Notes: generated by a model from the sequence alone, not told the origin. A DNA stretch of 64,000 bases from Octopus bimaculoides (GCF_001194135.2 NC_068981.1:63495816-63559815), one strand, 5' to 3'; shown: positions 37,860-52,019, counted from the stretch's first letter. Made by a program: numbers and translations.

Positions 37860-38052
37860 CAAAATCATTAACTCGCCGGACAAAATGCTTAGCTGTATTT
37901 CGTCTGTTTTCACATTCTGAGTCAGATTCCACCAAGGTCGACTTTGCCCTTCACCCAACGGGGTCGACAAAATTAATACCAATTGAGCACTGGGGTCGGT
38001 GTGATCGGCCATTCCTTCCCCAAAATTTCAGGCCTTGTGTCTATAGTAGAAA
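37860..38052 (+). mobile_element. SINE-A
   Basis: cggacaaaatgcttagctgtatttcgtc...ggtcgactttgcccttcacc...caggccttgtgtctatagtagaaa. Confidence 0.8.
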
Positions 38053-38154
38053 ATTACTATGTACATATGAAATTCATTATCTAATGAAGCAAGAATATTG
38101 TTTATCAATTTACCGATATTTTATTTATCATTTTGTTTTTCTTTTACTTTTTCA

Positions 38155-38470
38155 GTGATTAGATTGCAGCCATGCTGGAACACCAACTTGGAGGGTTTAA
38201 GTATAACAAATCGATACCAATACTTGTTTTTAAGCCTAGTATTTATTCCGTACATTCTTTTACCAAAGTTCTAAGTTATGCAGACGCAAACGAACCAACA
38301 CCAGTTACGAATCGGTTGAGGGGACAAACACAGGCGCATAGTCACATACAGACATATCTATACTCGATGGTCTTCCGTTTACCAAATTCACTGAGAAGGT
38401 ATTGCTTTACCCGTGGCTATAATAGCAGAAACTTGCCCAAGGTACCGATCAAAGGGACTGAACCTGACAC
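38155..38470 (-). mobile_element. SINE-B, diverged
   Basis: ttgcagccatgctggaacacc...ctaagtta...ggctataatagcagaaacttgcccaaggtacc. Confidence 0.75.
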
Positions 38471-38766
38471 ACGACGGGTTTTTGCTTATTCTAAAATATT
38501 GATTCCTAGCTTTATTTATACAAAAGGTCACAAATTTGGACGAAGGGATAAAGTTGTTTAAATCGACCCCGTTCTTAATCCTCTTTTAGTTTTAGGACTG
38601 TGACACAAATGGACCGTATCCGGTGTTTATTTTTTAATCTGGTATTTATTCTATGGCTCTCTTTTATGGAACCACTAAGATACAGAAACGTGAAAAAAAA
38701 CAAAAAAAAACAAAACAAAAAAGCAACAACATATACATACATGCATGCCTGCGCACGTACAAAGGT

Positions 38767-39363
38767 CATTGTTGTTTTCGTCACATTTTACAATTATCTT
38801 CAAAAAAATTTTTTAATGTATCATATAGATGTAATTTTTGACGCTGAATCCGAATTTGTTACTCATTTATTCTAGAAAAATTTTGTAAAAATGCTACAGA
38901 TATTCAAAGTTTGATAATTTTTAGGATTTTCAGCCAATCAGAAAACAGCATGTTAGTTGCCTCTTCCATCATCAGGGGGAGGGGGTGCATCGGCATGTCA
39001 AAACATTAAAGTAGGATTTTATAAAATGAATTATATTTCTCGTATCACCTCCTCCTTGTGCGCATGCGCAGCATCTTTGGTTACTATGGAAACAGTTCTT
39101 CGCTATCAGCTATGCAACACATGGTGCTACTTTGCTTTGGTTACTATGGAAATAGAAATTTTCACCACGGTGATATGTAAGACACTCGCTTCTGATTGGA
39201 TAAAATACCCAAATTTTGAAAATTTTAAAGACTAATAACTTTTTAGTCATGGATTTAGGTAAAATCGAATTTTATTCTTATAATTAGTATACACAACTTA
39301 ATCCATATACCAAATTTGAAAACAATTGGAGCAAAATTGTAAACAGTGACGAAAACCACAAAG
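38767..39363. mobile_element. Non-autonomous DNA transposon-like element (imperfect fold-back)
   Basis: Outer inverted repeats 38774-38795 and 39335-39356 (20/22 match). An inner inverted pair surrounds CCAATCAGAA at 38934 and TTCTGATTGG at 39190-39199. Confidence 0.65.
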
Positions 39364-39573
39364 ATATATATACACATACATACATAAACACATACACACA
39401 CACACACGACGGGTTTCTACATACTTTCTGTCTACCATATTCACTCACAAGGCACTGGTCAGCTGGGTGCTATAATAATTTGCCAAATTGAGGTCTTCAA
39501 TAAGATACCAGAATACCAATGCACACACACATATATATATACACACACATACATATATATACATATATATATA

Positions 39574-39604
<31 letters not shown>

Positions 39605-40374
39605 GCGTATATATATATACACACATACATACATACATACATAATACATACACAATAGCTTCCACCTACCATCTACCAGATTCACTCTTAACCCTTTAAC
39701 GTTTAAACCGGTCATATGCAACCCAAATATTCTTCCTGTTTTATGTTCAAACTAGCTAGATCTGGCCTCTTAGACCTACTCTATAATGTCATTCCTAAAA
39801 TAAAGAATCCCAACATTGGAATCTCAAAACTACAAGACAGTACATGAAAAATTCAAAATGATGTGAAAAAATACGTATTGCATTTGACAGGATAATCTGA
39901 ATGCTAAAGAGTTGAGGTATTTGCCAGCAAAGGGCTATAATAGAAGACACTTGCCCAGCATACCACACAGTGAGACTGAACCTGAAACCATGTGGTTGTA
40001 AAGCGAGCTTCTTATCCACACAGCCAAGGGCACTTTATTGTTTCCGAATCCAAGAGTACGAAAGATAAAGTTTTGCTTGGGCGCGATTATGAAGGAGAGT
40101 ATTTAAAGACTGGTGCGCTACTGGTTCTGCCAATCCTACTGTAGACATTTATAATAGACTTTGGGACACCAAATTTGGAAGAAAAAATATTATAGAGACA
40201 CGTATCGACCACATTCCTTCATTGACGCTTTATCTTATCAACCCCGGAATTGTCCACTGCTTGATTTGAACTCAGAATGTAAAATGACATAAAAATACTG
40301 CAAGGAATTTTTGTCCAGCATCTTGTCAATATTGTTAAAGCATTGTCCTACGAAGATGAAAAAAATAATCCTTT

Positions 40375-40581
40375 TTACTGAAGGAACAAGGCCTTGAAAT
40401 TTTGGTGGAGGGACCTAGAGGATTACATCGACCCGGTGTCTCACTGGTACTTAATTTATCGACCTCGAAAGGATGAAAGGCAAATTCAACCTCAACGGAA
40501 TTTGAACTCAGAACGCAGTGACGGGCGAAATACTGCTAAGCATTTCGCCCGGCGTGCTAACGATTCTGCCTGCTCACCACC
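40375..40581 (-). mobile_element. SINE-A
   Basis: aaggccttgaaattttgg...actggtacttaatttatcgacctcgaaaggatgaaaggc...ggcgtgctaacgattctgcc. Confidence 0.85.
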
Positions 40582-42335
40582 TAGAAAATGAAAAAATAAT
40601 GGGTACTATGAAGTTGAAGAGAGATGGGGAAAGAATTTTAGAAAATATAGCGTGCAACTGAACGAGTTAAATATGGAAAAAATAACTATATATCTTTTAT
40701 CTTTTACTTGTTTCAGTCATGAAACTTCGGCCATGCTGGGGCACCGCCTTGAAGAATTTTTAGTCGAATGAATCAATCCCAATACTTTATTTTTTAAGCT
40801 TAGTACTTATCCTATCGATCACTTTGCCGAACCTCTAAGTTACGGAAACTTAAACACGCCATTCAAAGTCGTCAAGCAGTGGTGGGGTACAAACATAGAC
40901 ACAAAGACATACACGCATATATATAANNNNNNNNNNNNNNNNNNNNNNNNNNNNNNNNNNNNNNNNNNNNNNNNNNNNNNNNNNNNNNNNNNNNNNNNNN
41001 NNNNNNNNNNNNNNNNNNNNNNNNNNNNNNNNNNNNNNNNNNNNNNNNNNNNNNNNNNNNNNNNNNNNNNNNNNNNNNNNNNNNNNNNNNNNNNNNNNNN
41101 NNNNNNNNNNNNNNNNNNNNNNNNNNNNNNNNNNNNNNNNNNNNNNNNNNNNNNNNNNNNNNNNNNNNNNNNNNNNNNNNNNNNNNNNNNNNNNNNNNNN
41201 NNNNNNNNNNNNNNNNNNNNNNNNNNNNNNNNNNNNNNNNNNNNNNNNNNNNNNNNNNNNNNNNNNNNNNNNNNNNNNNNNNNNNNNNNNNNNNNNNNNN
41301 NNNNNNNNNNNNNNNNNNNNNNNNNNNNNNNNNNNNNNNNNNNNNNNNNNNNNNNNNNNNNNNNNNNNNNNNNNNNNNNNNNNNNNNNNNNNNNNNNNNN
41401 NNNNNNNNNNNNNNNNNNNNNNNNNNNNNNNNNNTATATATATATATATATATATGAGAAAAAATTCTAGCAAACCGAAATATGAACGAGTGAAAATTAA
41501 TATGAAGTGCAGCAGTGAAAATTATATTTCATACTACAGGTAATGGTGAAGAAGGAACCAAAACAGAGAAATTGCAAGAGAACAAGCGAAGAAATTGGCA
41601 GCAATAAATTGGTATATCATTACTAAAAATTTCTCCCCGCCTTCCACGTACTCCATTCCGTTTGTCTCTATTTCAATTCCCCCCCTCCTCCATCCCCCTC
41701 TTCTATCTCCGCTTCTCTTTTAGACTCTTTTATTCTGTTTAGTTGTCCACAAATGGCTCTTTTCTCCTTCATCAGTTCAACCAGATAAGCGACCACAGCG
41801 GTACAAGAAGATGGATACAAGCTAGTTGAGTTGAGAAGAGCCTAATTGATACGTCTGCTACTGCTCAAGTCTTAAGATTGCCGTTTCCATTGTAGCAATA
41901 CTTCGCCGCCAAATCGCAGGAATGAATTCATCAAACGCCGCTACTCTATTATTATCGCGTGGTTAAAGTTGACGAGCGAGATCAGAATAAAATCATGGCG
42001 GTCCTCCTTATTCTAGCACATTCTTTCCATAATATTCTCCACTCTCGTTTTTCTTTCCCCAATTATTCTTCTTCCCTATTCGCTTTCTTTCTATCTTTCA
42101 TTCCCTTACTCTTGCTCATTCTCTTTGTATGTATGAATGTATGGTATATATTGCATGTATGTATGTATATATGTATGTATGTATGCAAGTATGTTAGCAT
42201 GGATGTATGCGCACACACACACACACACACATACACACAAACTTTGCTTATATTTCTCGCTAAATTTCTACAAGTTCTCGCTCTTCGTAAGATCTATTTT
42301 TCATTCTTTGTTATCGTTCTTTCTTTCTTTCTTTA

Positions 42336-42366
<31 letters not shown>

Positions 42367-42533
42367 TTTCTTTAAAATTTTGATCTATGGCTCTCGCCTT
42401 TTCTCATGTTCTTTCAAATACACATTATTTTCTCTCTCTTACATCTTTCTCATTTTCATTCTTCTGTCTCAAGTTTTTTCTGTCGGAAAACAAAGATATA
42501 CCATTTTTATACATACATACATACATACATGCA

Positions 42534-42603
<70 letters not shown>

Positions 42604-42793
42604 CCTATCTATCTATCTATCTACCTTATCTTTCTATCCGGATGTCTGTTGAGTTGCATGTATGGATTTATATATGCATACATACATACATGCATATATA
42701 CATGCATACATATATATATATTCATACACATATACATACACGCATAAATATATATACATATATACACACACACATATACACACATATATATAT

Positions 42794-42839
<46 letters not shown>

Positions 42840-43382
42840 CCATATATACATATACACACATATATATATATACATATACACATATGTACATATAAATATA
42901 CATATATGTGCATATACATATGTACATGTATATATAATATATATAATGCGCGCGCGCGTGTGTATGTGTGTGTAACACAATCATTCCTTCGTCTCAGTAT
43001 ATTCTGCCCCATTCACACATCACCTCGGAGCCCCATAGCAACATCTCACAGCCCTTATCTCTTTAAAGCTTTCCTTCTTTCCCTTCCGTTCTAAATTGTT
43101 CTGCTAATCTTCTGCCCACCCATTGTCAGTATTGTCATTGTTCTGCCACATTTAAATACTATTTTGTAGAAAACAATAGATTTACAGCAACTCTTTTGCT
43201 TCTTTCAGGAAGACTAAAAGATAATTTTTTCCAAATAACATTAACATGATTTCCGTTCTTGTTGTTGCAGTTAATTCATGTATATTTAGGCATATACATA
43301 CATACATACATACATACATCAAAATGTTCACTCGTATGCATGTATACATATATACACACACAAACACTCAGACACACACGCA

Positions 43383-43421
<39 letters not shown>

Positions 43422-44097
43422 TGATGTGTGTGTGTGTGTGTGTGTGTAAATGTGTGCATATTTGTGTGTGTGATTGGTTGATCTGCAAAAATAAAATTAT
43501 CATAACGCACAACATGTAAGCATGCGCAGACTGCAATTACGTAGAAATAGCACTAAATCGTTCGGACAAATGTATACATACACTCATGTACACATACGCA
43601 TATATAAATATGCGCGTGCGCGTGCGCGCGCGTGTGTGTGTGTGTGTGTACGAGTAATTGAACAAACGAAAGAACACAGTGAATTGGAATTATATGTAGC
43701 TTACAACAATTTGCCTTAGACCAACATTACTTAATATTTCGTGAGCTTCGAGCACACTCGTATCATCAGATGCTTGGCGAAATGCAGAGAGTTTCGAAGA
43801 AACTTATAACTGAATGTATATAGGCGTTCAATAGGCGGTTAAATCTACGTGGCTGTTTTAGATATCATAGCGACATCAATTCTTTTAGTGACAGACCCAC
43901 GTGGGAAAGCGTACACGATGTTGGTATAACTTAACATTTTGCAGAGTGTGATATTAATCTCAATGTCATCTATTTTTGATTTGGCGTATTACACGTAGAG
44001 CAGACATGATGTTGGCGTCAATTAATCATCATTCTGTGGAATGTGGTATTCCAGCGACAACAGTTACTAATTGTGATTTAAAAAAAAAAAAAATTTT

Positions 44098-44705
44098 TTT
44101 TATAGTTTCAGCTTAGAGCTGCGGCCATGCTGATGCACCGCCGTGTTGCTACACTGTTATTACAGGGAGCCTCTTACAATTTGTGGCACTTGGTGAAGAA
44201 TGGAGTTTGATTTAGCAACCCTGATTTGCACCTCCTGCCGCGAGGTAGGTTCATCTGGGACTCTCGACAGGAAGAGGTCCAGCTTTGATTTAAAAACCCC
44301 TACATCTACTTTGTGCATGTTCATCAGGCTCTTTGGGAGAATATTAAAAAGCTGTGGTCCCCTGAAACCCAAACTGTTGCAGTAACTGGTCCTGAAGCGC
44401 GATGGCATTGCTGGGATCTTTGGCACTATGCAGTGTCGTCCCGTTCTAGCATTGGTGTAGCTTTCAATGCCAAAATTTGACACAATTCCTTCCAGGATCT
44501 TCCAGATGTATATTACTGCATACCTCTCCCGCCTTCTCTCCAGGGAGTAGAGTCTTAGCTGTTTCAGCCTTTCCCAGTAGCTGAGCAGTTGCAAAGAGAC
44601 AATCTTCTTTGTGAATCTTCTCTGGATTGCTTCAAGGTCTGCTGTTAATTTGACACTGCTGGGTGACCACAGCTGTGAGCAGTAATCCAGGCGGCTGAGG
44701 ACGGT
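44098..44705 (-). mobile_element. CR1-like LINE 3' end (ORF2 C-terminus plus 3' UTR), 5'-truncated
   Basis: VLSRLDYCSQLWSP...LEAIQRRFTKKI..LSYWERLKQLRLYSLERRRERY..IYIWKIL...FKSKLDLFLSRVPDEP. Stop at 44160-44162, then a short 3' UTR and an A-rich tail. Confidence 0.9.
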
Positions 44706-45004
44706 AATCCATTTGATAATGAGTGGGTTGCATATGAGTTTGCATGAGCAGAATGAGTGAGTAATCTCTGTTCATGTTGTAACCTCTGTGGGCAACAGGG
44801 AATAATGTACATTACATTCTACGTGGGTCAGTTAGGCCTAGAATGGTATGTATATCTGTTAAGTAGTGTGTAATGGCATGAAAGTTTTTCACACATGTTT
44901 AAGAGGTGAGTTTTCTCCCGGGTCTATCTCCGCAGCGGAAGGGTTTCTCACATCCGATTGAACTTGGACGAGCTGTAACATTATTTATAAAAATTTACTG
45001 TCGT

Positions 45005-46048
45005 TGTTTAAGCCTTCTCTCACAGGAAACCATCAAGGTGCTTGAAAAACTGGTAGTCGGTAGGAGAAAGGTCTGGGGAATAAACTGGGCGAAGAAGAAC
45101 TTCGTAGCCAAGTTCTCTCTACTTTTGGAGTGTCATTAGTGAAACGTGTGGTCGTGCATTGTCATGACGAATGATTGGCCCTCTTTTGTTGACCAGTCTG
45201 GGACGGAAAGTAGCAGTTTTTCGTTCATTTTGGCAATTTCATGGCAATATGTTACTGTAGTAATGGTTTTTCCGGGTTTAAGAAGTTATAGTGGATGAGG
45301 ACAGCAGTACACCACTAAACAGTGACCATAACCTTCTGTTTGAAAAGCTCGGTTTTAGGGAAGGATTTTCGTGCTTAGTTTTCGTCCAACCACTGCGAAG
45401 AACGTTTTTTATTATTGTACAGAATCCACTTTTCGTAACAAGTTACAATACGGTCGAGAAATGGATTCTGGTTACGAAGAAGCGACGAACGAATTTCATA
45501 TCTGCGCATTTTCTGATTTTCATTCAAATCGTGTGGTGCCCGTCTATCAAGCTTTTATGATTTTCCGATCTCATGCAAATAGTTACAAACAGTTTTGCCA
45601 GTACTCGAGTGGTTTTACTTGGATCTTTCTCAATGTTGGTCTTTAATTGACCGTCATCGATGACAGATGGGCGTCCACAACTCTCACGATCTTCAAGGCT
45701 CAGGTCTCCACTGCGAAATCGTTTAAACAATTTTCGAGCTGACCACTCACTGGTCATTTTCTCACTAAACGTTTCATTGATATCGTGAGCAGTTTCAGCT
45801 GCTTTACGTCCTTTTTTGAAGTTGAATAGCAAAATTGCCCGCATATCGAGCTTTGACAGTTCCATTTCAGATGGTTGTAACAACGGTGAAAAAAATATCA
45901 AAGTTTATCTATTGATGCATTTGAACAACTCTTTGTCTGTACTATCAGACAATTTTTAAAAAAATGTTTTAAAAATTGCAAAACACTGCAAAAATCCGGT
46001 ACAATCTGTTCAAGGTTCAAAATGTTGCTTACCTTTTACTCAACCTGA
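45005..46048 (-). mobile_element. Mariner (Tc1/mariner) transposon, decayed transposase with one terminal inverted repeat
   Basis: HTH region RAILLFNFKKGRKAAETA..FKRFRSGDLSLED..GRPS, then FLDRIVTC.EKWILY, KVMVTV and YSPDLSPTDY..FKHLD motifs across frameshifts. TIR-like TA|TCAGGTTGAGTAAAAGGTAAGCAACATTTT ends at 46048 with a flanking TA at 46049-46050. No second TIR was seen. Confidence 0.9.
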
Positions 46049-46140
46049 TAGATAACGAATAGATTTTCAAACGCATAACGAAATTCAGACTCCTTAATTA
46101 ACCAGTGAACGAATTCAACTTGTTTGAATTCAGAATGGTA

Positions 46141-46336
<196 letters not shown>

Positions 46337-46337
46337 A

Positions 46338-47025
46338 GCAGCGAGCTGGCAGAATCGTTAGCATGCTGGACGAAATGCTTAACGGTNNNNNNNNNNNNNN
46401 NNNNNNNNNNNNNNNNNNNNNNNNNNNNNNNNNNNNNNNNNNNNNNNNNNNNNNNNNNNNNNNNNNNNNNNNNNNNNNNNNNNNNNNNNNNNNNNNNNNN
46501 NNNNNNNNNNNNNNNNNNNNNNNNNNNNNNNNNNNNNNNNNNNNNNNNNNNNNNNNNNNNNNNNNNNNNNNNNNNNNNNNNNNNNNNNNNNNNNNNNNNN
46601 NNNNNNNNNNNNNNNNNNNNNNNNNNNNNNNNNNNNNNNNNNNNNNNNNNNNNNNNNNNNNNNNNNNNNNNNNNNNNNNNNNNNNNNNNNNNNNNNNNNN
46701 NTAAGTACCAGTGAAACAATAGGATCGGTGTCAACGACTCATACCTTCCTCCAAAATGGTTGTTCCTGTGCCAAAATTTGATACCATTATTATTATCATT
46801 ATTAAAAGCGGCAAGCTGGAAGAATCGTTAGCACGCCGGGTAAAATGCTAAGCGTCATTTGGTCTACCCTTACGTTCTGAGTTCAAATTCCGTCGAGGTC
46901 GAAAATGCTTTTCATTCTTTCGGAGTCGATAATTTAACTACCAGTGAAACACTGGGGTCGATGTAATTGAATAGTCTCCTTCCCCCAAATTTCAGGCCTT
47001 GTGCCTTTAGTAGAAAGGATTATTA
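46338..47025 (+). mobile_element. Two chained SINE-A copies (the first spans an N gap)
   Basis: Heads at about 46338 and 46806, each directly after an (ATT)n tract. Confidence 0.8.
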
Positions 47026-47951
47026 TTATTATTATTATTGTTGTTGTTGCTGCTGCTGTTTTTGTTGCTGTTGCCTATACAAAATTTCTTAAGTTTCACT
47101 TTTTCAAGTAGTCTGAAGAAATATGAACTTCTTATCTGACCCGAGCCAAACCTTTAGGCTGCATGCGAATGCATCATCCAACTGCAATTTGCTGATGTAA
47201 GGTGTAATCAGTAGGAGAAGAAGAGGCTACCTAATCTGATAAAAGTAGAGTGAGTGCAAACACCTTTCTAAAGAGTTAAAGAGGGAGTTCTCGGCTTTCA
47301 GTGTGTTGAAGGGTCACGAAGGGAACAAAGAATCGAGAACACTGCAACGAGTAAGCACAGATTATCAGCTGTACAATGATATATCTCAACTACTTCTGAC
47401 CAGCGAACACCAGCGAACACCAGCACCACCGCCGCCACCACCACCACCACCGCCGCCACCGCCACCATCAAAACCACCACAACCATTCAAAACCACCGCC
47501 GCCGCCGACGTCAACATCACCACCACCACCACTACCACCACCACCATACATATGCGCACACTCACACATGCATAGATGAAAATTCCTCCGTCGGTTTCGA
47601 CGAGGCCCATTCAGCTGTTCGATCTACAGAATGTCCGACACGTTAAATTAACGTCCTATTGGCTGAGTATTCCTGAAACACGTGTAATTTTTACATAGTT
47701 TCCGAGCCGAATCATCTTGAGAGATTATAGCAAGTCTGAAGCTTTTAATTACAGATAGAATCCATCTGACGGGCTTCCACATAGTTTCCAGCAACTCAAT
47801 TTTGTTCACAAAACATGAGCTGACCCAAGATTATGGTTAAAGGTACTTACCCAAAGTGCCACGCCGTGAAAATAAACCGAAGACATCCTCACAGCCATGC
47901 GATCTTCTAAACCGCTTGATTATAACTGCACAACGTACACACACAATACAA

Positions 47952-47983
<32 letters not shown>

Positions 47984-48793
47984 ACACACACGCACATATA
48001 TATACGCACATACATACACACATGCATAAACATACACACATGCATAAACATACACACATGCATAAACATACACACATGCATAAACATACACACACATTAA
48101 AATTTGTTTTCTTCTGTATGTCGTATTTAAAAAAAAATCAGTGCCTCTATTCAATACATTTCGTACACATACTTTTACAAGAATGGAAGTGACAGTGACT
48201 TCGAAGCATCGCCCTACTAGTCTTTATCGGACTTCGAAATCATTGTTACCATTCACACAAACACACATACACACACATCATTCTATATTTCTCCCACACT
48301 TTACTAAATTGTTTTGTGTGTGTGTCTGTGTGTGTTTGCTTGTGTGCGTGTGTGTGCTTGTGTGCTTCTCTCTCTCTATCTCTCTCTNNNNNNNNNNATA
48401 TATATATATATATGCGCGCACTTATACATACTCACAGCAAAAATCATGCACACTTGCAAACACATTTATTAACGACAATCATCATTAATTTTAATATTAT
48501 CTTTAATTAACCAATAATAACCACTGTGTGACTCACGTACCACTTCCGAACATACGGCACAGCTTTCTCTTGTCTTCCACTCTCTGACCTGAAGTTGCTC
48601 AAGAATTGAATATATAACACACAGCCTTTCTTAGTGCAGCCCCCACTAGATCTAGAAATAAAACACCCCGTCTTAATTTCAGTGCCACGCCCTGCTTAGT
48701 TTAGTTAGAGAGAAAAAGAAAGATAGATAGACAGAGAGAAAAGCTAGATGGATAGGTAGGTAGATAGACAGACATATAGATAGAGATAAATAG

Positions 48794-48896
<103 letters not shown>

Positions 48897-49731
48897 GAGA
48901 GAGAGAGAGAGAGAGAAAGGGCGTAGGAGTAAGAAGGGGATACACTGCAGTATGAATATAAAGTTGCAGATAGAAGGCACCACTCAAAAATGTGCGTATG
49001 TATGTATGTATTTGTATGTATGTATGTAGGTAGGTACGTACGTACGTATGTACGTATGTATGTACGCATGTGTGAGAGTATATATATATATATATATATA
49101 TATATATNNNNNNNNNNNNNNNNNNNNNNNNNNNNNNNNNNNNNNNNNNNNNNNNNNNNNNNNNNNNNNNNNNNNNNNNNNNNNNNNNNNNNNNNNNNNN
49201 NNNNNNNNNNNNNNNNNNNNNNNNNNNNNNNNNNNNNNNNNNNNNNNNNNNNNNNNNNNNNNNNNNNNNNNNNNNNNNNNNNNNNNNNNNNNNNNNNNNN
49301 NNNNNNNNNNNNNNNNNNNNNNNNNNNNNNNNNNNNNNNNNNNNNNNNNNNNNNNNNNNNNNNNNNNNNNNNNNNNNNNNNNNNNNNNNNNNNNNNNNNN
49401 NNNNNNNNNNNNNNNNNNNNNNNNNNNNNNNNNNNNNNNNNNNNNNNNNNNNNNNNNNNNNNNNNNNNNNNNNNNNNNNNNNNNNNNNNNNNNNNNNNNN
49501 NNNNNNNNNNNNNNNNNNNNNNNNNNNNNNNNNNNNNNNNNNNNNNNNNNNNNNNNNNNNNNNNNNNNNNNNNNNNNNNNNNNNNNNNNNNNNNNNNNNN
49601 NNNNNNNNNNNNNNNNNNNNNNNNNNNNNNNNNNNNNNNNNNNNNNNNNNNNNNNNNNNNNNNNNNNNNNNNNNNNNNNNNNNNNNNNNNNNNNNNNNNN
49701 NNNNNNNNNNNNNNNNNNNNNNTCTAAATGA

Positions 49732-50162
49732 AAGGCGGCGAGCTGGCAGAAACGTTAGCACGCCGGGCGAAGTGCTTAGCGATACTTTGACTGCCGTTAC
49801 GTTCTGAGTTCAAATTCCGCCGAGGTCAACTTTGCCTTTCATCTTTTCGGGGTCGATAAATTAAGTACCAGTTACGCACTGGGGTCGATGTAATCGACTT
49901 AATCCCCTTGTCTGACCTTGTTTGTCCCCTCTATGTTTAGCCCCTTGTGGGCAATAAAGAAATAAGAAACGTTAGCACGCTGGGCGAAATGCTTAGCAGT
50001 ATTCCATCTGTCTTTACGTTCTGGGTTAAAATTCCGCTGAGGTCGACTTTGCCTTTCATCCTTTCGGGGTCGATAAATTAAGTACCAGTTGCTTACTGGA
50101 GTCGATGTAATCGACTGGCCCCCTCCCCGAAAGTTTCGGGCCTGCCTAGAGTAGAAATGAAT
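49732..50162 (+). mobile_element. Dimeric SINE-A (second copy)
   Basis: Same two-monomer layout and an identical 31-nt junction (49949-49979) to the copy at 4111-4541. Confidence 0.9.
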
Positions 50163-50189
50163 AGTTAGCACAAAGGGCAAAACGCTTTT

Positions 50190-50560
50190 ATTTGTTTTAG
50201 CCATTTGACTGCAGCCATGCTGGAGCACCACCTTTAGTCGAACAAATCGACCCCAGGACCTATTCTTTGTAAGCTTTGTACTAATTCTATCGGTCTCTTA
50301 ATACCGAACTGCAAAGTTACGGGGACGTAAACTCAGCAGCATCGGTTGTCAAGCGACGGTGGGGGGACGAACACACACACAAGCACACACATATATACGA
50401 CGGGCTTCTTTTCGTTTCTGTCTACCAAATGCACTCACAAGGCTGTGATTTGGTCGGCCCGAGGCTATAGTAGAAGACACTTGCCCAAGGTGCCTCGCAG
50501 ATCGACTGAACCCGGAACCATGTGGTTGGTAAGCAAGCTACTTACCACAGAGTCACGCCT
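50190..50560 (-). mobile_element. SINE-B, full length
   Basis: Tail ccatttgactgcagccatgctggagcaccacc, CORE-like region, and head gaacccggaaccatgtggttggtaagcaagctacttaccacag. Confidence 0.9.
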
Positions 50561-51289
50561 GGTCGACTTCGCCTTTCATCCTTTCGGGTCGATAAATTAA
50601 ATACTAGTAAATTACTAAGGGCGATGAAATCAACTGGACTCCTCTCCACAACTGTCAGGCCTAGTGTTTATATTAGAAATGATTCATTTCTAAATGGTAC
50701 AGCACGCTATCAGTTTGTTCTTATTTATTGAAACTGCTTTGTCAAGCCTTCAAGAACAACCATGTCCCTTTATTTTTAGGGTCGTTGACAGTAGTGAGAA
50801 AAGAGAAAAAATTATCTTCCAGCCGGAGACCTGACCGAATGCTTGTAACAGTGTGAACTTCACTGAAGTCATCTAGAGACTAGGTGATGGTCTTAAACCA
50901 GGCTATGAATCATGTCTATCTACCACCCAGGGGTACGCAATGAGTAGGAATAAATAGCTAAAAGCGCTTCGTTTGGCACTGTACCAATTCTGTGAATCCG
51001 CCGCCCTGGACTGGACGAAAGACAAAGGGAATTTGATGTTAGAGAGGAGTGAGAGCCGCAGCAAACATCGAACAGTATTTTTGCTTTACACACACTCTGA
51101 AACATTTGTCTATTCATTGCCCATCGCTATTGTTCTTGTAGCCATTTGTGCAATTATTTGCCTTTTTGCCCCAGGTCAACCTGATCGAATAGATCTGTGA
51201 TTAAGGATGGGCTATCCATGATTATTCCGTAATTTTTGTTTTTACAAGTCAGGCTCTGTCTGTCTAAGATTACAATAACTTTCAAATTT

Positions 51290-51485
51290 TGTCATAAGAC
51301 CAGCAATTTGATGGGGTGGGGGCAAAGTCAGTTACAACGACCCCAGTACTTACTGATATTTTGATTTATCGAAATATGAAAGGCAAAGTTGACCATTGCG
51401 AAACTTGAAATGAGAACGTAACGAGTCGGAAGAAATACTGTCAGGTATTTTGTTCGGCCCTTCAACGATGGGCCAGCTCATCGCC
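51290..51485 (-). mobile_element. Diverged SINE-A
   Basis: gacccagtacttactg...tttatcgaaatatgaaaggcaaagttgacc...gggccagctcatcgcc. Confidence 0.7.
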
Positions 51486-51957
51486 ATATTTAGGACTCTA
51501 TTAGAATCGCGAAGTTGTATGTTTTGTATCAGCAAAACATATACAACTTCAAGATCCATCGGTAAAAAATTGGGGTGAATTTGAAACTGGAGAAGACAAA
51601 AACATTACATCGTGAGAGAGAGAGCCATTATAATTTGAATATAAACTAATACTGCTTCACTCGCAAATAATTTTTATTCAACTTACCGACTACATGCGAC
51701 ATCAGTCATCTTTAATCACTGCTTTACTATATCGGTTCCCGGATTGTGGCCGATTTTCGCTTAGCATGCAATGGATACTTTCCTACTGCTGAAGATAAAA
51801 TACATATTTAGCAATGTCACTGCCAGTGTTGGATGAATCTTTGTGTTTTTTAACAGATAACTTCTCGAGAAGACGTTCAACAGTATATCTACTTTAAATG
51901 TTATACAAACTAATACAATTTCGTCGCTAATAAGAAACGTATGTATGTATGTATGTA

Positions 51958-52014
<57 letters not shown>

Positions 52015-52019
<5 letters not shown>

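Noticed and set aside
44710-45005. Search for the second mariner TIR
   Set aside because: Not found, so the element is treated as truncated rather than intact.
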